Source: Candidatus Uhrbacteria bacterium (lineage in GTDB: Bacteria; Patescibacteriota; Patescibacteriia; JACRJV01). Taken from it: 64,000 bases of DNA. A model generated the notes under the pieces. The model saw only the letters and a program-made list of their open reading frames with translations. It was not told the origin of the DNA and did no database searches. This document shows, piece after piece, positions 48,130-58,636 of this stretch (positions are counted from its first letter, which is position 1; each line of letters starts with the position of its first letter). A program made the position numbers and the translations under genes. The stretch spans positions 31,955 to 95,954 of the forward strand of contig JACRJV010000026.1 in assembly GCA_016215325.1 (NCBI GenBank). The letters run 5' to 3'.

Positions 48130-48390
48130 CTATTGATAGACAAATCTCCGATGCTCGATCTCATAGAATAACGCACTATTCTTTGCTTTCCATGCGTACA
48201 ACACCCTGTATCTGCGCGTCACACGAAAACTCCATAATCCTTTCAAACGCCCTCGCAGCGGCTTGGCATGAAGGCGAGAGTCAATAGGGTTCAATCGGAA
48301 TATTCGTTCTTGCTCAATGGCGAGACGCTGGATATCGATGAGTAATCGTCGAAACGAGCGCACAAAGTTCGACGAATACTCGATGGTCAT
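48130..48390 (-). CDS. RelE/YafQ-family toxin
   Basis: IEYSSNFVRSF, LHAKPLRGRLKGLWSFRV..RYRVLY. Confidence 0.85.
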   Translation of the reverse strand: MTIEYSSNFVRSFRRLLIDIQRLAIEQERIFRLNPIDSRLHAKPLRGRLKGLWSFRVTRRYRVLYAWKAKNSALFYEIEHRRFVYQ

Positions 48391-48394
48391 AGAT

Positions 48395-48688
48395 CTACCC
48401 GAGCAGTTGTGACAGCGAGGCCGCTTTCACGGTCTTACGGGCCGCATATTCTTGATTGCCTTGTGCGACAATATCAAGAATTTCGTCTTCTTCGTGATGC
48501 TTCATTTCCTCCAGTGTTCGCAGCGCCTCATATCGATCTAATCCCATAATTACGGCAGCGGGCTTCTCACGGACAGAGAGAATATACTCCCCGCCATATC
48601 GATCCAAATCGCGCACAACCGTCTTGGTTTGCCGCTGGAGCTTTGCCATGCCAATGATGCGAGGGATGAATTTAGAAGGCCGTCTCAT
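48395..48688 (-). CDS. Phd/YefM-family antitoxin
   Basis: IIGMAKLQ, KPAAVIM, acidic C-terminus; directly upstream of the toxin. Confidence 0.8.
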   Translation of the reverse strand: MRRPSKFIPRIIGMAKLQRQTKTVVRDLDRYGGEYILSVREKPAAVIMGLDRYEALRTLEEMKHHEEDEILDIVAQGNQEYAARKTVKAASLSQLLG

Positions 48689-48697
48689 ATATGAAAA

Positions 48698-48730
48698 TTA
48701 TATGATAAAAATCATATTAATATCATATAA
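48698..48730. promoter_or_regulatory. Nested inverted repeats, probable TA operator
   Basis: TTATATGATA (48698-48707)/TATCATATAA (48721-48730), with ATATGAT-aaaa-ATCATAT inside. Confidence 0.65.
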
Positions 48731-48756
48731 ATGTTATCGGAATTTGTCAACAATGT

Positions 48757-50340
48757 TCACTCTGCATCCGGAGCCTCGATCAGCCCCAACTTGACAAGGC
48801 GAGAGCGGATAGCGCACTTCCGTCGGCCAAAAGCCGTTGAAATATCCTCGATGTCACTGCCCGCGGTATACTGGTCTGTGAGCAATGCGTCGTCTGCCTT
48901 GCTCCAGGCGCGGTAGGCATTGGGGTACTCCTTGCGAATCCTGTCTACAGCGTAGGCTTTTTGCGCCCTTCCAACAAGTGGGACGACGGGTTTTTTCTTT
49001 GGTTCCTCCGATAATTGCCCCCCGCAAGCAACAACAAAATTATTCTGCATTCGTGAGAATTCTTCAGGGTTAATGGTGCCAAACGCATCACGCGTCTGTT
49101 GGCTGCGTTGCCGCAGCGCATGGTCATATTCGAGCACGTGGACATTGATGGTAAGCGCCGTCTGATTCCATCCGGACAAATAGAGCCCTTCCATGGTTCG
49201 CACCCGTGAGAGCGCCACATAGCCCTGCCCTTCCACAAACGCATGCTCTAAATCCACGTAGGCGTAATCGAGCGACATCCCCTGGCTTTTGTGAATAGTA
49301 ATTGCCCAGGCCAGACGCAAGGGCACCTGCGAAATTTGAGCCAGCACCCGCCCATGCTCTTCCAACGACCAGGACGCGGGTTCGGCAAGAATTGTCCGCC
49401 CCCCACGCGTTTGGACGATTGGATACTGCGTATCGTCATCAAAGTCGACCACCACCCCCAATGTTCCATTCACAAACGCACCCGTTATACTATTTTTGGT
49501 AAACATCACGGATGCTCCTTTTTTAAGCAACAATTGTTCGGGCGAAAGGCAGCCGCGCTTGAGCTGCTCTGCCAATGCCGCACGACCAGAATACGTCATG
49601 TCATGACGCACCGGCTCCCCGGGGATGCGTGCGAGTTCTGCACTGTTGATACGATCCACATCAACCGTATGCGGGTAGAGCTTGGGCGTATCATTGCTCA
49701 ACCGTGTGGGATCCGCGATGCAGCGAGTACTCAACTGCGTGCAATGCGCATCGGTGATCGCATTGTTGCGCAGCGCAGAAAGAATAGACAACAATGTTTG
49801 ATCTTCTTGCCGGTAATGCTCTTCAAGATAGCACACAAATGGGCTCACTTCCGCCCAAGCTTGAGATTCAAACGCAAATTGCGCGAGTGGCTCCCCCGGG
49901 CGCGACACCGGCGGGAGTTGAAAAAAATCGCCCACAAACAATACTTGCATCCCCCCAAATGGCTCATCGCGGCGTTTGACTTCGCGACATACGCGGTCCA
50001 CATTGCCCAAGATCGCCCCATCCAGCATCGAGATTTCATCAATTACTAGTACCCGCGTCCGATCAATGCGCTTGGCTACGCGCTCATTGCTGGCAATGCG
50101 GTCGATATCCCAATTGGAAAGATTCTTGCTAATGCCAATCCCGCTCCAGCTGTGCACCGTCATGCCGCCCAAGTGCGTTGCCGCAATGCCCGTGGAAGCC
50201 GTCACCGCCACATCAATCTTTGCCTGTTTTAAATACCGGACATACGCATTGGTCACATGCGTCTTGCCGCTTCCGGGCTCCCCGGTTAAAAACACGTTCG
50301 CGCCGGTCTTGAGGATATCCAGCGCTTCGGATTGGAGCAT
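48757..50340 (-). CDS. PIF1-like SF1B DNA helicase
   Basis: GEPGSGKT, ASTGIAA, IDEISM, GDFFQLPPV, AWAITIHKSQG, YVALSR. Confidence 0.92.
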   Translation of the reverse strand: MLQSEALDILKTGANVFLTGEPGSGKTHVTNAYVRYLKQAKIDVAVTASTGIAATHLGGMTVHSWSGIGISKNLSNWDIDRIASNERVAKRIDRTRVLVIDEISMLDGAILGNVDRVCREVKRRDEPFGGMQVLFVGDFFQLPPVSRPGEPLAQFAFESQAWAEVSPFVCYLEEHYRQEDQTLLSILSALRNNAITDAHCTQLSTRCIADPTRLSNDTPKLYPHTVDVDRINSAELARIPGEPVRHDMTYSGRAALAEQLKRGCLSPEQLLLKKGASVMFTKNSITGAFVNGTLGVVVDFDDDTQYPIVQTRGGRTILAEPASWSLEEHGRVLAQISQVPLRLAWAITIHKSQGMSLDYAYVDLEHAFVEGQGYVALSRVRTMEGLYLSGWNQTALTINVHVLEYDHALRQRSQQTRDAFGTINPEEFSRMQNNFVVACGGQLSEEPKKKPVVPLVGRAQKAYAVDRIRKEYPNAYRAWSKADDALLTDQYTAGSDIEDISTAFGRRKCAIRSRLVKLGLIEAPDAE

Positions 50341-50352
50341 ACGATCTTGAAT

Positions 50353-50958
50353 TTATTCCAATATTCTCCCGCCAGAGGCGGGCAAGCAAGAATTTGAGAA
50401 TGATAAAAAGAACTGATGCACGGTGGGCTTCTCTAAATATTCTGGATGAAACGTGCTCACCAGCACATTGCCTTGTTGTGCAAGGATCGGCCCACCCCGG
50501 AGGTTGGCCAATACGGCCACACCATCCCCTACCGTGACGATCTTCGGCGCACGGATAAACACGGCTCGAATTTGCTCTCCTGTCGGTGTAAATACGACAT
50601 CTTCTTCAAACGAGTAAATCTGCGATCCGTAGGCATTGCGCGAAATTGCGATGTCGATGAGTTTGAGAGAGTCGATCGGTTTGGGCGATCCCACTTCCGA
50701 AGCCAGCGCAATGGCCCCTGCACAGGTGCCCATCACCGCAAGCGTGTTCGCTCGCACGCGCTCCTGGATTGTTACCCCCAGCCCACTTTCGTTTAGAAAT
50801 GCCGTGATGACCGTGCTCTCCCCGCCCGGGATAATCAAATGTGTAAGGGCATCGAGCTGCGCTCGGTCCGTTACCCGCAGTGATGTGGTGCCCAACCGTG
50901 CCAAAGCGTGTTCGTGCTCCGCGACATCGCCCTGAAATGCGAGGATACCACACGGCAT
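50353..50958 (-). CDS. pdxT: Pyridoxal 5'-phosphate synthase glutaminase subunit
   Basis: PGGEST, GTCAG, RNAYGSQ, FIRAP, FHPE. Confidence 0.93.
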   Translation of the reverse strand: MPCGILAFQGDVAEHEHALARLGTTSLRVTDRAQLDALTHLIIPGGESTVITAFLNESGLGVTIQERVRANTLAVMGTCAGAIALASEVGSPKPIDSLKLIDIAISRNAYGSQIYSFEEDVVFTPTGEQIRAVFIRAPKIVTVGDGVAVLANLRGGPILAQQGNVLVSTFHPEYLEKPTVHQFFLSFSNSCLPASGGRILE

Positions 50959-50959
50959 A

Positions 50960-51832
50960 CTAGGCGTCGCGCCCCGCCATGTTAATTGCCAGCGCCCCCA
51001 TCTCCAACCCTTTCATCGCTGCGCCAAGACCCTCCGATACTTCGGCCAATTTTTTATAGTCTTGATAGTGCGTCGTTGCCTGCACAATCGCCTTGGCCGT
51101 CTTGACGGGATTCTCTGACTCAAAAATCCCAGAACCCACAAATACGCCATCGCTGCCCAAATACATGAGCAGAGCGGCGTCCGCCGGCGTCGCAATCCCG
51201 CCGGCAGCAAAATTCACTACCGGCAACTTCCCTCCTTTGGCAACCGCGGTCAGTAGATCCAACGACACGCCGAGTTCCTTGGCATACACAACAAGCTCTT
51301 CGTGCCCCATGGATTGCGCGCGCTTGATTTGCGACTGGATCGCACGCTGGTGTTTGACGGCTTCCACCACATTGCCGGTCCCGGCCTCGCCTTTCGTTCG
51401 GATCATGCTTGCGCCCTCCGCGATGCGCCGCAATGCTTCCCCAAGATCTCGGCACCCGCAAACAAAAGGAATTCGAAATTGCGTTTTGTCAATATGGAAC
51501 TGGTCATCCGCAGGCGTCAAGACTTCGGATTCATCGATAAAATCGATTTCAAGCGCTTCTAATATATGGGCCTCAATACCATGCCCGATACGCACCTTGG
51601 CCATCACGGGGATCGTCACCGCGCGTTTGATTTCCTTGATAAGCTTGGGGTCGCTCATGCGCGCTACTCCCCCCTCGGCTCGAATCTTTGACGGGATGCG
51701 TTCCAAGGCCATCACCGCGCATGCACCGGCCTCTTCGGCAATCCGCGCTTGATCGGCCGTGGAAACATCCATGATCACGCCGCCTTTGAGCATCTGTGCC
51801 AGCCGAATTCCTTGAATGTTTTGCGACTCCAT
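50960..51832 (-). CDS. pdxS: Pyridoxal 5'-phosphate synthase lyase subunit
   Basis: [45 protein letters not shown]. Confidence 0.96.
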   Translation of the reverse strand: MESQNIQGIRLAQMLKGGVIMDVSTADQARIAEEAGACAVMALERIPSKIRAEGGVARMSDPKLIKEIKRAVTIPVMAKVRIGHGIEAHILEALEIDFIDESEVLTPADDQFHIDKTQFRIPFVCGCRDLGEALRRIAEGASMIRTKGEAGTGNVVEAVKHQRAIQSQIKRAQSMGHEELVVYAKELGVSLDLLTAVAKGGKLPVVNFAAGGIATPADAALLMYLGSDGVFVGSGIFESENPVKTAKAIVQATTHYQDYKKLAEVSEGLGAAMKGLEMGALAINMAGRDA

Positions 51833-51837
51833 AACAA

Positions 51838-52104
51838 TTATTTTGAGAACAATGTCCAAATGCCGACAACAATAAAACCGGTTCCGCCCAACAGCTTGAG
51901 TGTTTTCTCGCTGACAAATTGCGAAAGGGTGCTGCCCAACAGCACGGCAATCGCGCTGGTGGCAATCAGTGCCAACGCGGCGCCGGCAAATACCGCCCAC
52001 CGACTATACTCCTTATTCGCACTAAACAGCAAGGTGGCGATTTGCGTCTTGTCCCCCAACTCTGCAAGAAAGATCGTCACAAACGCTGTAAAAAAAATAT
52101 TCAT
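51838..52104 (-). CDS. TMEM165/GDT1 (UPF0016) single-repeat protein
   Basis: [10 protein letters not shown]; 3 TM. Confidence 0.88.
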   Translation of the reverse strand: MNIFFTAFVTIFLAELGDKTQIATLLFSANKEYSRWAVFAGAALALIATSAIAVLLGSTLSQFVSEKTLKLLGGTGFIVVGIWTLFSK

Positions 52105-53897
52105 AACCGTTGCTTCTGCCATAATGAAAAAAATTTTCCTGTTTGGTCCATGAGTTCATTAAAACTCCCTTGCTCGATAATTTGGCCGTCTTCGATCATC
52201 AAAATCTTATCCATTTCGCGGATCGTCGTCAAACGATGAGCGATCACGATCGCGGTGACATGCTCGAAGAATGTATGCAGCGAATCCCTGATTTTTTCTT
52301 CCGATTCTAGATCTAAATGTGAAGTTGCTTCATCCAGCAGTAATAACTGCGGCTGCTTAAATATCGCGCGGGCAATCCCTAACCGCTGACGTTCGCCGCC
52401 CGAGAGCTTAATGCCTTTTTCCCCAATCATCGTTTCCAGCCCCTGCGGCAACCGTTTGACAACCGTGTCCATGTGCGCGATTTGGAGGGCGCGTTTGAGC
52501 AGCGTGTGGTCATTGTGTTTTTCGGAATTCGTAATGGTAATGTTATCCTTGAGCGAAAAATTAAACACCTCGGTGTCCTGGAGCACCACCGACACTGCGC
52601 CAAAGTAACTCTGTTTGCGGATCTGTTGGATTGGAACATCGTCAAGGGTGATAGAGCCCGTGAACTCTTCGCGCTCTTTAAGCAGGAGTTTAAACAGCGT
52701 TGACTTCCCTGCCCCCGAGAGCCCAACAATACCGACCTTTTCGCCCCTGGCAACATCAAATGTAAGGTGAGACAACACTGGGTTTCGCCCGTAGGCAAAC
52801 GTAACATCCTGCACACGGATTGTTTTCCAGTCCTGGGGGACGTCGACTTTACCGGTGTCATCATCGATCGTTATCGGTGTATTCAAAATATCCTTCATGC
52901 GCATCACGCTGATCTTTGCGATCACCAAATCTTGTGTGACGGCCGAAAGTTCGTCGATCGACTCGCGTAAATTTGTATAGTAGGTGCTAAACATCACCAA
53001 AAATCCAATGCCATGTCGGCCATCAATAATCCCTAGTGCGATCATGACGACGATCGCCAGGCGCATCCCGCCGCTGTAAAAATACGCAAACATGTTGCGC
53101 GATTGATGCCAAAAAATACGTACACGCAGGCGGGCAAACAACTCATCCATTTGGGCAAGCACGAGCCGGACGATTGTTCCGGCCATGCTCATCACCTTTA
53201 CGGTCTTGATGTTGTTGATCGCCTCGTACACCAAGCCGTTCACTTTTTCCTCTTGGACATTGACATGGTACGAAGAGAGCCCGGCGCGGCGCGTGATCGC
53301 GCTGGAGATAAAGAAGTACGTTATGAGGTAGAAGACCAGCACCAATAACACCGAGCGATCAAACTGGGAAATAATAATGTTGATCGCCACGAGATTGACG
53401 GCAATTTCAATCAGGTTATCAAACCAGATACGCAACATCTTATTCAACCCCTCCCCCGCATTCTGGATGCGCTTGATTTTATTGCCGGTATTTTCCCGTT
53501 CATGCCAGCGCATGTCTAACCGAAAAAGATGTTTGAGTGTGGAAAGGTTCGCGTCAATACCCACCCGCTCAGCCACCTGATAGCCGAAGAATTTTGCCAA
53601 AAATTGAGCGAGCGCCCGCGTAAACAATGCCACTAACCACAGCGCCATGATCCGCCAAAATGGAGTTAATGACGCGCCCGGAGAATACGTTGTCAAATAC
53701 GTTACAACAGCAGCAAATGCGTACGCGGGATACAACCACGCCATGTCCCCGACGACACGAATGAGCGATGCAGCAACAAAACGCCCGCGATAGGGCGTAA
53801 GCAGATGCACCAGATCGCGAATCAACTGGCCATTGCTATACTGGCCAATCGCCTCACGGGCTTCAGTGGGATCGATGAGTCTATGCGCGGATGTCAT
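52101..53897 (-). CDS. ABC exporter, fused permease/ATP-binding
   Basis: TM domain plus GLSGAGKST, LSGGERQRLGIAR, LLDEATS, IAHRL. Confidence 0.92.
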   Translation of the reverse strand: MTSAHRLIDPTEAREAIGQYSNGQLIRDLVHLLTPYRGRFVAASLIRVVGDMAWLYPAYAFAAVVTYLTTYSPGASLTPFWRIMALWLVALFTRALAQFLAKFFGYQVAERVGIDANLSTLKHLFRLDMRWHERENTGNKIKRIQNAGEGLNKMLRIWFDNLIEIAVNLVAINIIISQFDRSVLLVLVFYLITYFFISSAITRRAGLSSYHVNVQEEKVNGLVYEAINNIKTVKVMSMAGTIVRLVLAQMDELFARLRVRIFWHQSRNMFAYFYSGGMRLAIVVMIALGIIDGRHGIGFLVMFSTYYTNLRESIDELSAVTQDLVIAKISVMRMKDILNTPITIDDDTGKVDVPQDWKTIRVQDVTFAYGRNPVLSHLTFDVARGEKVGIVGLSGAGKSTLFKLLLKEREEFTGSITLDDVPIQQIRKQSYFGAVSVVLQDTEVFNFSLKDNITITNSEKHNDHTLLKRALQIAHMDTVVKRLPQGLETMIGEKGIKLSGGERQRLGIARAIFKQPQLLLLDEATSHLDLESEEKIRDSLHTFFEHVTAIVIAHRLTTIREMDKILMIEDGQIIEQGSFNELMDQTGKFFSLWQKQRL

Positions 53898-53902
53898 GGT
53901 TG

Positions 53903-55225
53903 TTATTTCATGGCGGATTTGACCAGAGCATTGAATTGCTTGTTGGTGAGCAACCTCCGCTCGATGATCACTCTGCGCAACGTTTTGCCCGACCGCACCG
54001 CCTCTTTCACCGCGGAGGCAACCGCCTCATACCCGAGCCGCGGGGAAAGGCCCACGCCAAACGCAGTGGAGCGCTCTAATAATTCTCTACAGCGTTTTTT
54101 ATCAGCGATAATACCAGCGACGCAGGCCATGGCAAATTGCCGGAGCATTTCATCCATCATCTGGATTGACTCCAACAGGCGATCCGTGATAATCGGCAAA
54201 AACACCGCCATCTCCAATTGTGCGCTTTGTGCCGCAAGCTCAATAGTAAGATTGTTGCCGGAAACAAGACAATACAGTTGCGTGAGTGCTTCGGGCATGA
54301 TCGGATTCACTTTACCGGGCATAATGGACGAACCAGGCTGAAGTTCTGGTAAATGGATTTCTCCGATGCCGCCCTTTGGACCGCTCGAAAGGAACCGAAG
54401 ATCATGCGCAATCTTTGTGAGATCCGTACACAGCGCGGTCAAACTCTGGGAAAACGCCACAAAATCCGAGCTGCTGCTCGTCAAGGGCATAAAATTATCA
54501 GCTGGCTTGATGGGTAACTCCGTAATTTTTTTAAGCTGCGGGTAAAGGGCGCGAATATATTTAGGCGAAGCGTTAATAGAATTGCCGACCGCACTGCCAC
54601 CCAAATTAAGTTCAAACAATGGCTGGAGGGCCGCTTCAACGCGCCGACCCCCCCGCTTGATCACATCGCCATAGGCTTTGAATTCACTCCCAACAGTAAT
54701 TGGCGCCGCATCCTGCATGTGCGTACGCCCGAGTTTTTGAATGCTGCGGAATTGCTCCGCCTTTTTATGAAACACTTTTACGAGCTCTTTGACCGTCGCT
54801 AATAGACTGTGCGTTCGTCGGATTGCCGCGATGCGCAATGCCGACGGCATCACATCGTTTGTGGAGTGTGAACGATTGACGTGATCATTGGGGTGAATAA
54901 CAATTTTTTTATGGCCTTGCGCAGCCAGTTCAGTGGCCCGCGTTGCAATCACTTCATTCACATTCATGTGATTGGAGGTCCCTGCCCCGCCTTGGAAGGC
55001 GGGGAGAACAAATTGATCGTCAAATTGCCCAGCAAGAATCTCATCACAGGCCCGGATAATTGCTTGCGCACGCGTCCCCTTCAGTTCGTGAACAGTACGG
55101 TGTGCGATGGCTGCAGCCTTTTTGATTTCAACGATCGCATACAAAAAATCCTTGGGTGTGGCCCGGGAGGTAAACGGGAAGTTCCTGATCGCCTTTTTGG
55201 TTTGATAGTCGTAATAGATTTTCAT
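53903..55225 (-). CDS. aspA: Aspartate ammonia-lyase (fumarase/aspartase superfamily)
   Basis: FQGGAGTS (aspartase-like), HPNDHVN, GRTHMQDA, PGSSIMPGKVNP. Confidence 0.78.
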   Translation of the reverse strand: MKIYYDYQTKKAIRNFPFTSRATPKDFLYAIVEIKKAAAIAHRTVHELKGTRAQAIIRACDEILAGQFDDQFVLPAFQGGAGTSNHMNVNEVIATRATELAAQGHKKIVIHPNDHVNRSHSTNDVMPSALRIAAIRRTHSLLATVKELVKVFHKKAEQFRSIQKLGRTHMQDAAPITVGSEFKAYGDVIKRGGRRVEAALQPLFELNLGGSAVGNSINASPKYIRALYPQLKKITELPIKPADNFMPLTSSSSDFVAFSQSLTALCTDLTKIAHDLRFLSSGPKGGIGEIHLPELQPGSSIMPGKVNPIMPEALTQLYCLVSGNNLTIELAAQSAQLEMAVFLPIITDRLLESIQMMDEMLRQFAMACVAGIIADKKRCRELLERSTAFGVGLSPRLGYEAVASAVKEAVRSGKTLRRVIIERRLLTNKQFNALVKSAMK

Positions 55226-55234
55226 ATCCTTGGG

Positions 55235-56383
55235 CTATCGAATCGCACTTGCCACTGCCGTAACCACCCTCTTATCCAGCGCACCCGGCAGGATACGCGT
55301 TCTGGTCGGCCGATGAATGCACGCTGCAAGGCGCTTTGCGGCAGCCAAAAGCATTGCCTGCGTGATCGTTCGTACCTGGTGGTCCAATGCGCCGCGGAAC
55401 ACCCCGGGGAATGCCAAAACATTATTCAATTGATTGGGGTAATCCGAACGACCAGTGGCCACGATCAGTGCCCCCGCATTCTTGGCAACCTTCGGATCAA
55501 TCTCTGGGTCAGGGTTAGATAATGCAAAAATAATAGGGTCTGGATTCATTGTTCGGACCATTGGTGCGGTCACAATACCGGCGGCGCCACTGACCCCGAT
55601 AAAGACGTCCGCGCCGATCAGGGCGTCTATGAGTTTTCCAACCTGCTTTTGGCGATTGGTATGCCGCGCCAGCTCGGCCATGGGTTTGTTCAAGCGCCGG
55701 TCACCATGACATAAAATCCCATGCCGATCCACAACAATAACATCGCTCGCCCCATATTGTACCAAAAGATTGGTGATCGCGGTACCCGCCGCGCCAGCCC
55801 CGCACACGACAATACGGCAGGCTTGAATGCGCTCTCCCTTGACCTTGAGCGCATTGATGAGCGCCGCCAAGGCAACAACCGCCGTGCCATGCTGGTCGTC
55901 ATGAAGTACCGGAATACTAAGCGCACTGCGCAGACGCCCCTCAATTTCAAAACAGCGGGGAGCGGCAATGTCTTCAAGATTGATCGCCCCAAATACCGGG
56001 GCGATGTGCTTAATCGTGGCAATAACTTCCTCAACATCTTGCGTATCCAAACAAATCGGGAACGCATCAATGTTCGCCAGCTTCTTAAAGAGGATGCACT
56101 TCCCCTCCATCACGGGCAACGCTGGCAACGGCCCCAAGTTCCCAAGTCCCAACACGGCGCTGCCATCCGTGATCACCGCAACGGAATTTTTTTTAATCGT
56201 CATCGAGGCAGCTGCGCGGGGGGTTTTGGCGATGGCGCGGCACACCGCGGCCACTCCCGGGGTGTAGGCAACGCTCAAATCGCGGCGGTTGTTGATGGGC
56301 GCCTTTGATCGTACCTCAAGTTTTCCGCCCCATTGTTTGTGGAGTTTTATCGATCGCCGTCTAATGGCCATGGGATGGTTCAT
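55235..56383 (-). CDS. NAD(P)-dependent malic enzyme
   Basis: AYTPGVA, DGSAVLGLG, NLEDIAAP, HDDQHGTA, GAGAAG, NNVLAFPG. Confidence 0.93.
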   Translation of the reverse strand: MNHPMAIRRRSIKLHKQWGGKLEVRSKAPINNRRDLSVAYTPGVAAVCRAIAKTPRAAASMTIKKNSVAVITDGSAVLGLGNLGPLPALPVMEGKCILFKKLANIDAFPICLDTQDVEEVIATIKHIAPVFGAINLEDIAAPRCFEIEGRLRSALSIPVLHDDQHGTAVVALAALINALKVKGERIQACRIVVCGAGAAGTAITNLLVQYGASDVIVVDRHGILCHGDRRLNKPMAELARHTNRQKQVGKLIDALIGADVFIGVSGAAGIVTAPMVRTMNPDPIIFALSNPDPEIDPKVAKNAGALIVATGRSDYPNQLNNVLAFPGVFRGALDHQVRTITQAMLLAAAKRLAACIHRPTRTRILPGALDKRVVTAVASAIR

Positions 56384-56790
56384 GCCGTTGCTGTGCCTTT
56401 GCGCGTCTTCCAATACGCATCAAGGCTCCATGCTCCAGCGCCGTACGCCGCCAAAAAGAGGAAGATAAAACACAGGAGCACCGCGGGCTGACCTTGGTTG
56501 AGCAGCGGCACGAACAGATTGCCCTGCGCCGCATGGCCCATAAAGTAGGCAACCGCCATTTCACCAGAAAGGATGAATGCCACGGGGCGCGTAAAGAGTC
56601 CGAACAGGATTGCAATTCCGCCAAAAAACTCCAGGACACCCGCAACCAGCATGAGTGGTGGCAACGCACCGCCGGGCATACCTCCGAACCATCCCCACAA
56701 TTTCAATCCACCCACTTGTATAAACAATCCTGCAGCGACCACGCGCAGCAAAAATACGGCGATTTGAATTTGACGATCTCGACTCATCAT
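56380..56790 (-). CDS. DoxX family protein
   Basis: GGLKLWGW, LEFFGG..ILFGLFTR, GEMAVAY, GAGAWSLD. Confidence 0.9.
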   Translation of the reverse strand: MMSRDRQIQIAVFLLRVVAAGLFIQVGGLKLWGWFGGMPGGALPPLMLVAGVLEFFGGIAILFGLFTRPVAFILSGEMAVAYFMGHAAQGNLFVPLLNQGQPAVLLCFIFLFLAAYGAGAWSLDAYWKTRKGTATA

Positions 56791-56989
56791 AATAATGAAG
56801 TTATGAATAACAAAATACAAACACTGCTCAACTGTTGTTCTGGGGCTACCCCTTCAACCACAGTGCTTCGATTGTACATGATTTATCCAGAATGTAAAAG
56901 AAAAATAGGGCGAATGATGCTATTTTCTAAATGAATATCAATAAATATATATTGACAAACGATAAAAATGAACACATCGCGCATTGTGC

Positions 56990-58510
56990 TCAATCAGCAT
57001 CGTTCAGCTGGAAGTCTTTGTACAACTCAAGCTCTTTCATTATTGGACCGAGGATTTGGTCTGCTTTCCGCCGCGACAAGTTAAACGATTGCCATGTTGA
57101 ACGATCGGGTGAATCGATCTGTCGAGCCCGCCAATACAACTGGTGACCGACCGATTTCCGCACCTCTTCATTGGACATCGTTAAGAGCGGTACCAGGTCC
57201 GGTAGAGCATCACTCGAAAGCTCCAACAAATAAAACGCATCAAACTTCCCTGTGGCCGAAAATCGCTCAATGTTGCGACGCACGATAAACGCATCGGGAT
57301 TCAGTATATTCATCGACACCAGAAACAGTGCTATCGAAACAAATACTCGAAACGCAAATGCATTTTCTCGGTTATCGTTGTGCATCTTATACAGTAATAA
57401 ACAGAAAACGACTGCGAGCAAGATGATAAACGCATGGCTATATAATCGGAGGGTGGTCAGCCCGTACGCTTCTTCATAGAGTGACAAACGACGTACGGCA
57501 GAAGCCATAATAAGCATGACTTGGACTACAAGGGCGGTGCCGAGGATTTTGAAGCCGATCGCATGGCGCATTTCTCTTTTAAGGACATACTGGTCGAGAG
57601 CGAGCAGAAGTAACAAGGAGATAATCGCGACCGTAATCAACTCAAAAAATCCCCGTCGCGCATATTCCGCATACGTTAAACCCAGGTCAGCCAGGGCAAT
57701 CCCTCCTCCAAAAAGATATGTTAACTGAACAAGGATAAACAGAAAAAAAAGACCATTCACTGAACCGAGGAGAATAGAACTTTCTATTTGGCCAAGGCCG
57801 TAGTTTGTACTATTGTCCTCCATGGTAGTCTGATCATTCTTTTCCGACAATAAATAGGAATACGCGCCAATGAAAATGAGTGTGACAACCAACACCAGGA
57901 TCCCGCGAGCAATCACTTCTTCTTCAATATGAAACGCGATCAGATCCGATACATATTTTTGGAATACTAAATCTGCTGAGGAGAACAGGAGTGCGAAGAT
58001 GACGAAAACAGGCACTGTGATCAACAAACCCTTAACAACCTGCGATGCTATTTTCCCATCATTATATGCCCGCCGCAGCAAAAACAACGCAGACAAGGTG
58101 GGGATAATCCGACGGATAAACGCAAAGGGAAGGGAGAAGATTGATAGGTAATCTCTAATTAAAAATTTTTTTATATTCTGCCCAAAAGACACTTCATTAA
58201 TGATCAATAACAGTAGTAGTGAAGCGACAATGTTGAGAAATGTGAGAAGACCGCTTGAACGGACAAACACCATTGTGCTGAAAAAAATAAGCGGCATCAA
58301 AAGCCAAAGGACATCCGAATTTACCGGTTTATGTATAGAGCGTGCAATGCCAAATACCCCGAGAACCACCAACGTAACGTAGATCGGGAAAGAAATGCCG
58401 GGAACTTTTTCAACAAAGAAATAATTAAATAGCAATCCCAACAACAACGATATTCCGACCACGAGCCCGGTACTAGATAACGGATTTGCTTGCGGATGTT
58501 GTCTATCCAT
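56990..58510 (-). CDS. DUF4153/DUF4173 family membrane protein
   Basis: LFSSADLVF, YAEYARRGFFEL, RLSLYEEAYGLTTLR, NPDAFI, LSSDA. Confidence 0.88.
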   Translation of the reverse strand: MDRQHPQANPLSSTGLVVGISLLLGLLFNYFFVEKVPGISFPIYVTLVVLGVFGIARSIHKPVNSDVLWLLMPLIFFSTMVFVRSSGLLTFLNIVASLLLLLIINEVSFGQNIKKFLIRDYLSIFSLPFAFIRRIIPTLSALFLLRRAYNDGKIASQVVKGLLITVPVFVIFALLFSSADLVFQKYVSDLIAFHIEEEVIARGILVLVVTLIFIGAYSYLLSEKNDQTTMEDNSTNYGLGQIESSILLGSVNGLFFLFILVQLTYLFGGGIALADLGLTYAEYARRGFFELITVAIISLLLLLALDQYVLKREMRHAIGFKILGTALVVQVMLIMASAVRRLSLYEEAYGLTTLRLYSHAFIILLAVVFCLLLYKMHNDNRENAFAFRVFVSIALFLVSMNILNPDAFIVRRNIERFSATGKFDAFYLLELSSDALPDLVPLLTMSNEEVRKSVGHQLYWRARQIDSPDRSTWQSFNLSRRKADQILGPIMKELELYKDFQLNDAD

Positions 58511-58532
58511 ATATCTTGGGGGGTGGGGAATT

Positions 58533-58622
<90 letters not shown>

Positions 58623-58636
58623 ACGAATTAATTGTT

